Source: Octopus vulgaris (lineage: Eukaryota). From it: a stretch of 64,000 bases of DNA. The stretch is from NCBI GenBank assembly GCA_951406725.2, contig OX597833.1:36580001-36644000 (forward strand), read 5' to 3'. The position numbers and the translations under genes are program-made. This document shows, piece by piece, positions 1-12,764 of this stretch (the stretch's first letter is position 1; the number at the start of each line of letters is the position of its first letter). Under the pieces are notes generated by a model. The model saw only the letters and a program-made list of their open reading frames with translations. It searched no databases and was not told where the DNA came from.

Positions 1-39
1 GTCTGGAAATGCTAGGAAGATGAGGAGACTGGATCAATA

Positions 40-395
40 AATGCCAGACGCTGGGACAGACAGGCAGACATACAGACAGACAGGCTGGTAGGCAGTCAAG
101 TAGTTGAAACGACAGGGTGACATACAGACAGACATTACGAAACAGGCTGTCAAGATTGTCGAAATGACACAGACAGACAGGCAAAATTCCGAATAAGACA
201 GGCTGACCGACAGACAAACAGACAGACAGTTGAAGCGACACACAGATTAATAGAAAGATTCCCAAAGAGGCAGACGGACAGACAAACAGAAAGACAGGCA
301 GACTAAACGACAGGCAGACAGACAGACAGTCGGATGACTTCATAGAAGGACAATTAAGACAGGCTGACAGACAGACAGACAGACAGACAGACGCA
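40..395. repeat. degenerate (GACA)n microsatellite region
   Basis: Repeated GACA/CAGA units interrupted by unique sequence; produces the spurious 'LSVC' ORF. Confidence 0.85.
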
Positions 396-659
396 CACAA
401 TTAATACACAAACTGCTAATGGAGGGGTTGATGGTGATGGTTATGTTAATGATGGTGCTGCTGATGATGATAATGGCGATGGTGGTTGGTGGCGGTTGTA
501 TTCAGCGAATGGTTAGGATGAAAATATCGGGTGGGATACACAGGTGGGAGGGAGGTGTGCTAGTGACGACGGGATCAAAAGGTTAGAGGTGATAGTGTGA
601 GATGTTAGCCATGGATAGGGCGGGGTGATTGTGACAGTTATAGTAGGGGTATCACCGTG

Positions 660-661
<2 letters not shown>

Positions 662-712
<51 letters not shown>

Positions 713-715
713 GGT

Positions 716-762
<47 letters not shown>

Positions 763-835
763 TATTAGTAGTAGTAATTGTTGTTGTTGTTGTTATTGTT
801 GTTGTTGTTGTTGTTAGTGTTGTCGGTGGTGGTGG
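662..835. repeat. compound trinucleotide microsatellite (AGT)n(GGT)n(AGC)n(GTT)n
   Basis: Directly visible tandem triplets. Confidence 0.9.
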
Positions 836-879
836 TTGTAGTAGTGGCTCGGTTGGAAACTGCTATTTGGTTGTTGGCA

Positions 880-1090
880 GTTGTTGATGTTAAGCCCCCA
901 AGTCAACCCTGACCAGACAGACTTATGATGAAATGCATTCCAACCGTGACCCTATTTTTTTATTTGCTTTTTTTCCTTGATTTTTTTCTTTTTTTTTTTT
1001 AGTGTTTTAGAGATATCTAGGAATACACTGTCAAATGTGTTCAGTATTTAAAACGGTAGGATGTGATTCGAGGGAAAATTTCGCTGTTTT
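880..1090 (-). mobile_element. old short interspersed element 'family E' (SINE-like, (CAA)n-type tail), degenerate
   Basis: ttaagcccccaagtcaaccctga...cattccaaccgtgacc...ggtaggatgtgatt...gctg is shared with 1698-1920, and in reverse with 2270-2450 and 3330-3550. Confidence 0.55.
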
Positions 1091-1145
1091 TTCTTTTTTA
1101 GTTGGTTATGTGCGTGTGGTTGTTGTGCTGTGCTACAAAGTATAT

Positions 1146-1178
1146 GGATGGTGATGGCGATGACGACGGTGGTGGTGG

Positions 1179-1260
<82 letters not shown>

Positions 1261-1316
1261 GATGACGACAATGACCATGGTGATGTTGGTTGTGGTGGTG
1301 GTGATGATGATGATGA
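1146..1316. repeat. (GAT)n/(GGT)n microsatellite
   Basis: Long GAT run; source of the poly-D/poly-M/poly-I ORFs. Confidence 0.95.
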
Positions 1317-1689
1317 GACGGGTGGTGGCGTGGGAAGGCAGTGGGAGAAACAAAGATGAGAACAGAATAGAATAAAATAGACTAGTGCGAGTTAGGAGGA
1401 GCGAGAGAAGATAGAGAGAGAGAGAGAGAGAGGAAGGATTGGCTGATTGTGGATGGAGGATAAGAATTAGCGGTGAGGTAATCCGGAGTTGGTAGTTGAA
1501 GGTTGTTGTCTAACAAAATTGTGCAATCTTACTTTGTTTCTTTTTTTCAATATGGTGCGTCGATATGCGGGAAACTTGACTGTTGCTTTTAACATGTCGA
1601 ACGACTGCACCGAGTTTGCATCGGAAATGTTAGTAGGAGGTAGTAAGGATATGAAGACGAGAGTTAGATGGCAAAAGGTAGTTGTCACT

Positions 1690-1920
1690 GTAGTTGTTTA
1701 GCCCCAGGTCAGCCATGATTGAGTAGATATTTAATGAAAAGATTTCCAACCGTGACCACTCCATTTTCTTGTCAGGGACAGTGTATTTAGGACTATATAA
1801 TTTCAATACCTCGTTTCGGTTTGTTTTATTTTATTTTAATATATATTTTTAATGGTAGGGTGTTATTTTAGGGAGATGTGGCTGCTAGCTCTAGCAAATT
1901 AAATGACCACGGAGAGATTT
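1690..1920 (-). mobile_element. family E element, degenerate
   Basis: ttagccccaggtcagccatgat...ttccaaccgtgaccactcc...ggtagggtgttatttt...tggctgctagctctagc...gaccacggagag. Confidence 0.55.
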
Positions 1921-2269
1921 CTTCGACGAGATAGGAGACGGTGGCGTGAGTTGATGGTGATGGTGGCAGATATTGAGAGGTATTGGTGAAAGCTATAACA
2001 GGCGAAGACAACTATGTACTCAACGAGTGAGTGAGTGAGTGAATGAGTGGGGAGGTAAATGTGTATATGTACGAATATAAGTGTGAGTATAAGCAGGAAA
2101 GAAAAGAGACAGTGATAACTGGAGGGTGTATGTGAGTGCTCTTCTACCTTCATACTCCTCTTCTAGTTGTCTGTGCAGTGATATTTGGTAAAAATTTGCA
2201 GTAGCAACAGTTTGGTGGCCACCATGACCACCATCACAATCATTTATCATCACGATCATCATAAGCTAC

Positions 2270-2450
2270 TGAAGGAGCTTCAACTTCAAGAAATTGTTGC
2301 CGATTAACCTTGAATTATACTCTGCCGTCTTTGAAAAAAAATAAGTAAAAACAATTAGACAATATTCTACATACACAGCGTACGAAATGATCACGTCTAG
2401 AACGCCTTTGAAAATAGGACTGCTGAATCAGGTCTGACCTGGGGTTAAGC
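2270..2450 (+). mobile_element. family E element, degenerate
   Basis: Ends atcaggtctgacctggggttaa (2427-2448), approximately the reverse complement of 1698-1719. Confidence 0.5.
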
Positions 2451-2589
2451 ATCATCGCCGTCGTCGTCGTCGTCGTCATCATCATCATCATTTCATCACC
2501 ACCATCATATTATTCAACATCATCATCGTTGTCGTCGTCACCACCATCACCACAGCGCTCATCGTTTCCACAATCCTTCGTTATTGTAG

Positions 2590-2930
2590 TTGGGTAATCC
2601 GATATAAGCTCTTATCGAGCATACTTACAATCAAAGACAATCTAATCATGATCATCCCACCGACCCCCACCTTTTTTCCCCATCATATGCCTTTTCATAG
2701 GATTTATGTTTGATGTGAAATTAATATTTTAAGGAACAGGCAGTTAGGTTTCGTAGTTGCTTCTAGCAGATCGAGCGACCACATAGAGCTCCCTTTTATA
2801 CGCGCGTGTGTGTGTGTGTGCAAACGCATACACACGTGTATGGATGCTTAGCAGTGGTGGTGACATTCCAGCCATAACCATCTCGTTTTATCGTTTACGA
2901 GTGAACTCCAGACTACATCATCCAAGGGGT
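2590..2930 (-). mobile_element. two further degenerate family E fragments
   Basis: atcgagcatacttacaatcaaagac...ttctagcagatcgagcgaccacatagag (to ~2790), and gacattccagccataaccatctcg (2862 onward). Confidence 0.4.
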
Positions 2931-2945
2931 CCACTTTTTAAAGAC

Positions 2946-3185
2946 CAGGGTCCACGTGGCCCTAGAGGTCCATATAAGATTTAATTGTTAAAATTTATGT
3001 GCAATAAATTGGTTATACTTCTACAATACACAAAATATTAAAAAAATTTTTTATATAAATCCTAATAATTTTGAATAATAAAAATTTAATAAACACTTTT
3101 TTACAAACATTGAATGGGTACGAGGGTCTACCCGAGTAAAAAAAATGAAAGGGATCCATGGGTGAAAAACGGTTGAAAACCACTG
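2946..3185. mobile_element. hAT-type (Charlie-like) MITE fragment, one terminus
   Basis: Ends ...aaaacggttgaaaaccactg (reverse complement CAGTGGTTTTCAACC, the typical hAT/Charlie TIR); subterminal ggggtcca-type repeats. Confidence 0.6.
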
Positions 3186-3329
3186 TTGTACAGTATGCTT
3201 GAGATTCGACTATTGTTTCTAGCAAATCGAAATGCCACACAGATTTTCCCCTTTGCTGGTCACTTTGTGTGGAGGATACCGTGTAATACACTTAGTACGG
3301 GATTAGGTTTCGATTTGCATAAAAGAGCG

Positions 3330-3550
3330 TCTACATGGCTACACGATATACAAGAAATAGCAGCCAAAGATATTCAAATTTCAACCTAGTGTCTTAGGAA
3401 AGCACGCGTTCCAAATGTTTTTCCAGATTCCTTGCAAAACACTAAAGGACAGAATGGTGAGGGACTAGAATGCCTTTCATCAGGTTACGCCAAGAAGCAA
3501 ACAACAAAGATAACAACAACAACAACAACAACAACCACAACAACAACAGC
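3330..3550 (+). mobile_element. family E element with (CAA)n tail
   Basis: ctacatgg...agaaatagcagccaaa...gaatggtga...tagaatgcctttcatca followed by (CAA)n. Confidence 0.5.
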
Positions 3551-3910
3551 CACTTAATGGATATTTCATCTGATTCCGCTGATGTCTACACATATGTGTA
3601 TATGTAAGGTGTCTAAACTGCAATTTGTTACGCGCAAAATATGTCATAATCAAGCACGTATGCGAAAAAATGCATTCCAGCCCTGACAATGCCGTCTTTT
3701 GTTTTGTTATGCAAATACCCTGAAACATGTCTGCAGATGCCTGACCAACAAGGGGAAGCAGCTGACCTCCCCTGTTCGAAGGATATAATGGACACAGGTT
3801 CGTGTGTCATATAGCTAGCTATATAAGAGGCGATGGCCTCTTGGAGCTAATCAACGGCAGCTTTAGTCTTATATTTATGGACTGCCATATTAGCTTGGCG
3901 ATAACTGTTA

Positions 3911-3964
<54 letters not shown>

Positions 3965-4329
3965 CTGAGAAACGCATTCACAGGATTTCAGAGTCATCTT
4001 CCGGCCTTAATGGAAGCTGGAAGCAGTTACTTTGGGTAAACTATTATTTTTAAGCTATAATATGCTTCATTTTGGGATTTTTTAAATACTTTTATTTTGA
4101 ATAGGATATTGTGGTTCCCCTCCCTCCTTTTATGCAAACTTTCAAATTTAGCCCGAACACTCAGGATTTAATCTAACTTCTGGGCTTCTTTAATTAGAAC
4201 TATCCAAATAATATTATCCGTTAAACACATAAAAAAAAACTGCGACTATGACTGCATTAGCTGAAAGGGTATTGATAACGCTTTTCGTATTAAAGAAGAA
4301 AGACAACTGTACCACTTGTTTGCTTAAAG

Positions 4330-4930
4330 AAAAACACTTATGATAACATTTCTTGTAGACCTGCCTTCCTTTAAGAATACTTTACCATTGTCATTCCTCA
4401 TTCTCCGACTTATATCCACATGCAGCTGGCCATACTGGAATACTGGTTTCTCAAGATAAATTATGCCACACTGCATGGTTTATCCTTGTTCTTTACGTAT
4501 AATAATTGCGAAGCATGACTGCATCATGAACTGGGTCCTCTCAACAGGTACATCATCACCTAATATTTTGAGCTTAATTCTAGGAATCATGACAATATTA
4601 TTTTTTAATGTACCCACATTGATCTTAGCTACGATTAGATTCTCCAGCATTTCTTGTACTATCATCCGTGTTCTGTTGCAAAGTCTTGCAGGATCTAAGT
4701 TTCTCATTGAAAATACGGGAGATCCTCTCTTCAATTCCAGCTTATGTTGTTGCAATCCAGACTGTTCAAGAGAATCAATGAATTCTGTAGTAAAGTGACA
4801 TTAGCTCCTTCTCTCACAGCAATGAGTGAACAGTATTCTTTCGTTGTTCCTGGGAAACATTTCATAGATACTTAATTGATTTTTTTAATCATTTCATTGA
4901 AAGAACCGAGGAACAATTCTCAGAAAACAA
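4330..4930 (-). pseudogene. Helitron Rep-Hel PIF1-like helicase C-terminal remnant
   Basis: Translation reads FPGTTKEYCS...HFTTEFIDSLEQSGLQQHKLELKRGSPVFSMRNLDPARLCNRTR...IPRI...QFMMQSCFAIIIRKEQG*TMQCGIIYLEKPVFQYGQLHVDISR. This matches the Helitron helicase consensus PxHxLxLKxGxPxMLLRNL..LCNGTR..QFP..FAMTINKSQGQT..PVFSHGQLYVAxSR; in-frame stop present. Confidence 0.9.
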
Positions 4931-4959
4931 TTTCTACAAGATTATTGAATGTCACACAA

Positions 4960-5489
4960 ATGAAATCAATGTAATAATGTATGAGGAAAATAAAACAAAT
5001 CAACAAAATTAATTTTAAAAATCGAAAAAATGAATCAAAATAATGAAACCTTGAACTGTAAATAATTAAAAAAATGAAAGAAATAAGTATCTAAAACATA
5101 AAGCGATGTATAATATACGCAAAATGATTCATCTGGGTACATGTGAGAGAAACAGTGTGTGTGTTTGTGTGTATATGTGTGTGGTGCGTGTGGGAGTATA
5201 TGTACTCTATGGAGGCAATAGTAAAAATTTGAACTGTAAATAATATAAATTTCAAATAAATTTTACGTAAAAATTCTACTTGAATATTTTCAAGTCTTCT
5301 AGACTTAATAAGAAACAGTCAAACGTATGAATAAGAATAGCGAAAATTTGAACCGTAAGTATTAACTATTTACTGTTTACGGTACTTGATGTGCGTTATA
5401 ACTAATCAAGAACGTAAAAGGCCTTGGTGACTGTGAAGAAATCATGACAGAATATCTACAACGTAAACGGACCGTGTAAGAAAAATATC

Positions 5490-5551
<62 letters not shown>

Positions 5552-5950
5552 TGTGTGTGTGTGTGTATGTGTGTGTGTGTGGTGTGCGTGCGTGGTGTGT
5601 GCGTGTGACGGAGAGAGAGAGAAAGAGAAAATGACAAAGTGAGGGGAAGAGGAAGTCAACGCGTGAGAGAGAGTATGTGTGTGTGAGTGTGTGTACTGTA
5701 TGTGTATGTGAGATAGACAATGTGTATGTGATTGAGAAACAACCATCTCAGTTTTGTAATGAATTTGAATGAAAAAATTTGTATCTGAATATTTTCAAGA
5801 CCATAGACTTGAGAAAAATACTCGTAATTTTTTTAACTTCAAAATAATGTAATTAAAAAAATATATATGAAAACAATTTCAGCGAAGAATAGACTATTTC
5901 AGCCACAATCAAGGTACAGTCAAACGTGCATATTAGATTTCTAATATACG
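4960..5950. mobile_element. putative non-coding Helitron-associated region with subrepeats and internal (TG)n
   Basis: Recurrent ttgaactgtaaataat (~5051, ~5229, variant ~5348) and tgaatattttcaag (~5281, ~5786) directly upstream of the helicase remnant. Confidence 0.4.
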
Positions 5951-6234
5951 TTCGATAAACCCACAGTAGTTACACGGACCCTATAAACACATAGTGGTTA
6001 CACAGACCCTAGTTTCATTCAATCGTCTCTTCAGTCGACACAGTGATGTCCCTGTGAAGCCGCCATTTTTACATGACAATAAAGTATTTTCCAGCATTTT
6101 GCTGCTTAGCCCTGTTCTGCGTTTTGGCCTCAAGTGGGTGGAATTGTGGCATATCTAAAGTATTTCCTCGACTATGCGTATGTGTATATGTACATGTATA
6201 TGTATATGTGTGTATACATATATATATATGCATG

Positions 6235-6269
<35 letters not shown>

Positions 6270-6307
6270 ATACTCTTTTACTTGTTTCAGTCATTTGACT
6301 GCGGCCA

Positions 6308-6340
<33 letters not shown>

Positions 6341-6341
6341 C

Positions 6342-6378
<37 letters not shown>

Positions 6379-6393
6379 ATATATATATATATA

Positions 6394-6535
6394 CCGGAGT
6401 AAACACATAAATGTGAAACAAGGTGGAAAAAAGAGTACTCAAATACCAGTGGTAGAGTAATATGCTTTATTTAAAGCAGCAGAAAATTCAACAAAACCTG
6501 TTACTCTGAGTTTCACGATGCCGTTCGTCGGACAG
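6394..6535 (-). mobile_element. short Penelope-like (PLE) terminal element, family P1, embedded in (TA)n
   Basis: Near-identical reverse complement of 30740-30881 and 60164-60305; flanked by (TA)n on both sides. Confidence 0.75.
6493..6535 (-). ncRNA. minimal type I hammerhead ribozyme motif (CCGACGA core)
   Basis: Minus strand reads CTGT-CCGACGA-ACG-GCAT-CGT-GAAA-CTCAGAG-TA-ACAG: stem I CTGT/ACAG, stem II ACG/CGT, stem III ACT/AGT, GUA cleavage triplet. Confidence 0.65.
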
Positions 6536-6539
6536 CTTA

Positions 6540-6621
<82 letters not shown>

Positions 6622-6749
6622 TATATGTATACACACACACACGAGTACGAACAAGCTATATTTACGATAGCATGATCAACATTGATTTGATATTATCATT
6701 GTGTCATATATTCCTAAACATAAGTTATACATATGGCAGCAAACCCGCC

Positions 6750-7390
6750 CAAGTGTGTCTCTCAAGAAATTGTTTTCTCATAAATACCAGAGAAATTAAT
6801 ATTTTTTTAATGAAATATGTTCATAAAACGTTTTTCCGGAGCTAGGAAGAGGAGTTTCGGACAATTCGCATTTGTCAGCTTTCTTGCATCGTAATTTTCT
6901 TGAATAAGGATATCATTTTTTATAAATGTTTCTACAAATACTTTTCAGAGTGTATAAATTTCTAATAAATTGAAATTTTTATGGAAATATTCTTGTTGAG
7001 TGCGCATACATACATATTGACACACATCACATATGTCTACAAAATGCAACTTGAAACTTCGTAAATTTGAGATGTGTGTTAGTATGGATGTGTGCGTGCC
7101 CACCATTTTTTCCACATTAAATTCCTATATACCATAATGTATACATTCTGAAAGACATTTGTAGAGAATTTTATTTTAAAAAAATTAACCCCTCCTTTTT
7201 GTTATGAAGAAAGAAAACCAACTCGTGTAGATTTTTCGAATCTTCTCTCCCTAGCCACGGGAAAAATTTTCACAACTTCCGGTGTAATCGGAATCTACAC
7301 CACAAGAGGCGTATTTGTAGAAAATCTTATTAAAAAGTATCCATTTTTCTGGACGTTATGAAGAAACAAATTCGAGGGGGTGCATACTTG
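6750..7390. mobile_element. degenerate foldback MITE with long TIRs
   Basis: Left caagtgtgtctctcaagaaattgttttctcataaataccagagaaatt is an imperfect reverse complement of right atccatttttctggacgttatgaagaaacaaattcgagggggtgcatacttg; internal arms also pair. Confidence 0.6.
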
Positions 7391-7601
7391 TGTAGGTATG
7401 CCCATATGGCATGCATGTGAAAAGAGCGTTTGCAAGAGATGCAATATAAAGGAAAGTGGAACGTCAAAATTGGGAAACGTAAAATAGAGCTATAAGATGA
7501 ATTGTAATTATGTTAAAAGAACGTGCATTTATAAATAATAACAAACTACTGCCTAAATATTGCCAGTAAATTCACACACACACACACACGCACACACACA
7601 C

Positions 7602-7632
<31 letters not shown>

Positions 7633-7633
7633 T

Positions 7634-7675
<42 letters not shown>

Positions 7676-7736
7676 TTAATACAGTTAGTCTTCGTTATTA
7701 AACACAACATCATCGGACATACCATTATCCTATCAC

Positions 7737-8990
7737 TTGGGTTGGCAAGAAAGTAATTTTGTTTTTCGCAAATAGATAGAGTTTCGATTTTTTTTTAATG
7801 ACTTTTGTCAATGTTATGATCTTTTTTCCTTTTCACATTTGATAGCCGTTACTCTTAGCTTACTTTAGAAACAAATTGCGCGTAATTTTGTTCACAGCTG
7901 TTAGTTCAATGTCAATTTTAACATGGAGTGCAAAAACAAACATTTTCCCTATATTTTGCTTTTTTTTATTTCCGTAAAAGCAAGAAACTTGCTGAGGTTC
8001 ACAAGGAGATATGCGAAGTTTATACTGTTGATTGCTTAACAGAACGCCCATGTCAGAAATTGTTTTAAACATTCCGTTCAGGAGATTTTTCATTCAAAGA
8101 TAGCCAACGCTCTGGTCAAGCCATAACTGAATCTGATTGTCATATAACTGGGCGAGAGATTGCAGAGAGATTAAATGTATTACACACAACAAATGAAATT
8201 CACTTAAAGTGTCTTGGACTCGTTAAGAATCCTGATACTTGGGTCCTCCAACGAATCAACGAAGTAGCACAACGAATCAATATTTGCGATATGCATCTCA
8301 AACGCAATGAAATCGACCTTTTTTGAAACGAATCATCACGAGTGAGGAAAATGGATTGTCTACAATAACATCAACCGAAAACGATCATAGTCCAATCGTA
8401 ATGAACCAGCACAAACCACATCGACAGTTGATTTGCATCAAAAAAAGGTCATACTGTCAATTTGGTGGGATTACAAAGGTGTTGTGTATTTTGAACTGCT
8501 TCCAAGGCACCAAACGATCAATTCAGATGTTTACTGTCAACAACTAATGAAACTAGAGGAAGCAAACACAGAAAAACAGCCAGTATTGGCAAATTGTAAA
8601 GGAATCGTATTCCATCATGACAACGCTAGACTACACTCCTCAATGCTAACTGGAGAAAAATCAGTGGAGATTGGTTGGGAAGTGATGTGACATTCACCAT
8701 ATAGCCCTGACCTCTCACCATCAGATTACCATTTATTTCGAAGTTTGCAAAATTCTTTGGTGAAACTTCAATAATGATGATGGCCTGAAATTGCACTCGC
8801 TTCAGCTTTCAGCTGATAAGAACCAGAAGTTCTATGAGCGTGGAATAATGAAGTTGCCAGAAAGGTGGCAAAAGGTCGTCGAACAAAATGGAAAATATAT
8901 AATTGATTGAAGTTCATTCTTTGTATGAAGAAAACAAATATTTTTATCTCACACTAAAAAAAAAACGAAATTACTTTCTTGCCAACCCAA
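7737..8990 (+). mobile_element. full-length mariner transposon (mellifera-subfamily-like), inactive
   Basis: TIRs TTGGGTTGGCAAGAAAGTAATTT (7737) and AAATTACTTTCTTGCCAACCCAA (ends 8990, followed by TA); length 1254 bp. Confidence 0.95.
7923..8910 (+). pseudogene. mariner DD34D transposase pseudogene
   Basis: MECKNKHFPYILL... start, WV motif near 8240, HQKKVILSIWWDYKGVVYFELLP, FHHDNAR, HSPYSPDLSPSDYHLFRSLQN, C-terminus WQKVVEQNGKYIID*; multiple frameshifts and stops. Confidence 0.92.
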
Positions 8991-9184
8991 TATGTTTATA
9001 TTTGCAGTGAAAAATTCAGCTAATCTCATTCACATTATTTCACCTTTCTGAAGCAAACCGAGCATGCAGTTATATAATTAAGTATTTTTACATACAAAAT
9101 GAAAATGAAGCGAAACAAGTCGATATGTAGATATATGTAATAGCAATGTAATCTTAGTATTAATGTTAATGCAATAGGCGTACA

Positions 9185-9490
9185 TACACAAATGTACCCC
9201 GTCCCCACTGGATTTGTTTCCTCATAACTTCCAGAAAAAATGGATATTTTGTAATGAAATTTTCTACAAATATTCACTTCATATGGTGTCAAATACGATT
9301 ATATTGAAATTTGTTGTGAAAATTCTACCCGGGTGTGGAAAGGGGAATTTGAATTTCCAATTTTTTTTCGCATTGAATTCCGAAATAATCATAATCAACA
9401 CGCCCTTAGGGGTATTCCAAGAAAATTTCGTTTAAAAATATCCATTTTTTTCAAAAGTTATGAGAAAAGGAAGCCGACTTGTGTGAATTT
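9185..9490. mobile_element. second, partial copy of the 6750-7390 MITE family
   Basis: atttgtttcctcataacttccagaaaaaatggatattttgtaatgaaatttctacaaata and its inverted counterpart aaaatatccatttttttcaaaagttatgagaaa. Confidence 0.6.
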
Positions 9491-10261
9491 TCAGAAATTC
9501 ATGATCACTTCGCGCCGGCCGGTTACCGTATACCATAGCGCATGTGATACGCAATGTCTATTAGAAACATGTACGGAATTCCCGCAATTTCGTAACTTGA
9601 AGCGTATTTTTCCATTGATTTTCATATTTTGAACTGGGATACGTTTTAACGGAATTTTAACAAGAACAAATAATTCAACTATATTCAACCATTTTTTTTT
9701 TTATCTCGCATCTCTACTTTCATGCCATCTTCATCTTCAGGAGGTGTGATGTATCAGTTATTTATGAAGGGTATGATAGATAGTAACAGGAAGGGCAATC
9801 ATTATTTCAGTTATAAATACATACATACATAAGCTCTATTGTAAAAAACATGGCATAACTGTTGATGGAATGAGTAACTATAATCGAACTGAAGTCATTC
9901 TCTTTTTGCATTTTGACATTTTAAAAGACCTTTGTAATAAATCAGTTTTCTAACTGACAATGGCATAGAGATACAATTTAATTTGTAATAGACAATACTG
10001 TGGATTTTATATGGACGTTTAAAAGCTTTATACATGAATTTAATGTATTTAAATGCATGTATTTAAAGGCGTTTATTTATCAAGTTATCTTGATTATCTA
10101 AATCTCCTACTCCTACCTTCACCTTTCTTTGCTGTCCGAACTGGAGTGCAGCTATTAATTTTTTTTTTTTTTTTTGAAATCCTCAAGTGATGATAAGGCT
10201 TAACAAATTGCAGTCGCCATTTTAATTTGTTATATGACTCACCCCGGATGAAAAACTGAAC

Positions 10262-10705
10262 GATGTTATTACTGCAGTTGTTATTTTTTGTTGATTTTGT
10301 TGTTGTTAGTGGAAATGGTGGTAGTGGTGGTGGTGGGGGCGGGTACTATTCTTCTCATAGTCACTGTGCTTGTTATCCTTGTTTTGCTGCTTTTGGTGAT
10401 TTCGTTGAGGCTCTTGTTTATGGTTGTCGGTATTACTGTTATTACTGTTGTGCTTGTTGCTAATGCTATTGGTATTGTTGTGAGATTATTGCTGCTGTTG
10501 TTGCTACAGTTGTCGTCGTCATCGTTGTCAATGATGATCACGAAAACCACCACAACGACGACGGCGACGACGACGACGATGACCACAACGATGACGACGA
10601 CGACGATGATCATGATGATTTAACTGATGCAGTAATAGCTCTTCTTGTCCATGTTGTTATTGTTGTTGTAGCCATTGCTGTTGTTGTTCCTGCTGCTGCT
10701 GGTGG
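10262..10705. repeat. degenerate (GTT/GCT/GAC/GAT)n low-complexity region
   Basis: Triplet-biased composition. Confidence 0.8.
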
Positions 10706-10719
10706 TATTTATTTCGAAG

Positions 10720-11310
10720 AGTATGAAAAACTAAATGGGGGAGGAAGATCAGTTCCCATGACATTCACAATCCCTCCCAGACTAGGGAGGTCGATAAAAT
10801 TGATATTTAGCTTGAACTTCCAAGGATTGATATTTGAAGATAGAAAAATGGGATTTCAGAGGGTTACAAACTAAGAAGAAAGAACTGGTTGAAGTTTTTA
10901 GTGAGGAGGCTTTTTGTGCGTGAAGTGAGACACACAAAGTAAAGAATCGGGCTGGTTTCAAAGTATATAATGCACAGTTTTCGAGCCCAGTGTAGAAAGA
11001 GCTGTAGCCTTTAGTAATAGAAGAGACATGGAAAGAGTAGAATGAGCTAGCATAGTAATAGTTGTAGAATGGTAGTAAAAGAAGGTTTTGGTGGTATGAT
11101 GGACAACTTGCAAGTTTAAAACAGTTGCATTTGTAACAGAAGAGAGAGAGAGTGGGAGGATATGCTTCTAATTGTATTAGTGAGTGAAAATTTTCTAATT
11201 AGTTGGCTGACCTTTTGTTGACTGCAGTCTCAAATATCTGTTGAATGTAGCATTTGCTGTGTCCCAAATATGAAACTAGAAACGCGATGAGGTAATTTGT
11301 ATACTTGTGC
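10720..11310 (-). mobile_element. highly decayed 3' portion of a CR1/L2-like LINE ORF2
   Basis: Minus strand retains traces of IWD.A...Q.K and ...FKLNINFID, resembling the CR1/L2 ORF2 C-terminus; many stops. Confidence 0.35.
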
Positions 11311-11521
11311 TTTCTCAGGGGTCAACAACTATTCACAGCTACTCAGGGATGGACCAAAGCTTTCTGGCCCCAAAAATTTAAATCCTGATGGTCTGCATCA
11401 ACAAATATTAGAATAGAATGCAAAAAAAAAAAATGTATATATTGATGCGAGAAGAAAAAAATTAAGGTTTTGGATTCGACTCTTCGATAGAAAAAGAAAT
11501 GAAAACCTATATATTGGAAGC

Positions 11522-11577
<56 letters not shown>

Positions 11578-11582
11578 TTATA

Positions 11583-12081
<499 letters not shown>

Positions 12082-12343
12082 CATACATTTTGAATGGATC
12101 TTAATACATACCTCTTCAATAAGCTTTCATATTTACCATTTGACACACATGCTTTCCTTGGACGTTTTCCGTCTCTCCGGAACTTTCCTCTCTCCTCTTC
12201 CCGATGAAGAACCATTCTCGAAACGTTAAACACCCAGTCTTTTTTTTTTACATCTTATACTGAGCGTCAACCTGATGCATTCTCTGACCTTTGTTGTTTT
12301 GTTATTTTTAATTTTTCATTTGCCTTTGTGTGTGTGCATATAC

Positions 12344-12448
<105 letters not shown>

Positions 12449-12461
12449 ATATATGTATATA

Positions 12462-12507
<46 letters not shown>

Positions 12508-12764
12508 ATTTTTATACATACCGTTTTTATTTTTTTTCCGAATTTTTACTTGATAAATAGTTTTCCAGGAGTAAAACCCACGGCTTCTTTTATTTATGAT
12601 AAATGCAACATCAGGTCTCATCTTTTCAACAATTACCACTTAATATTTCTGAGACAAACTGTTTATTAAAGAATAGGCCTCACAACTACGTGAATCCAGA
12701 TTTGATTCTACTTTAGGCAACATGTGTGTAATCGTAGCACCGGTATGAGCAGAGTCACTGATCT

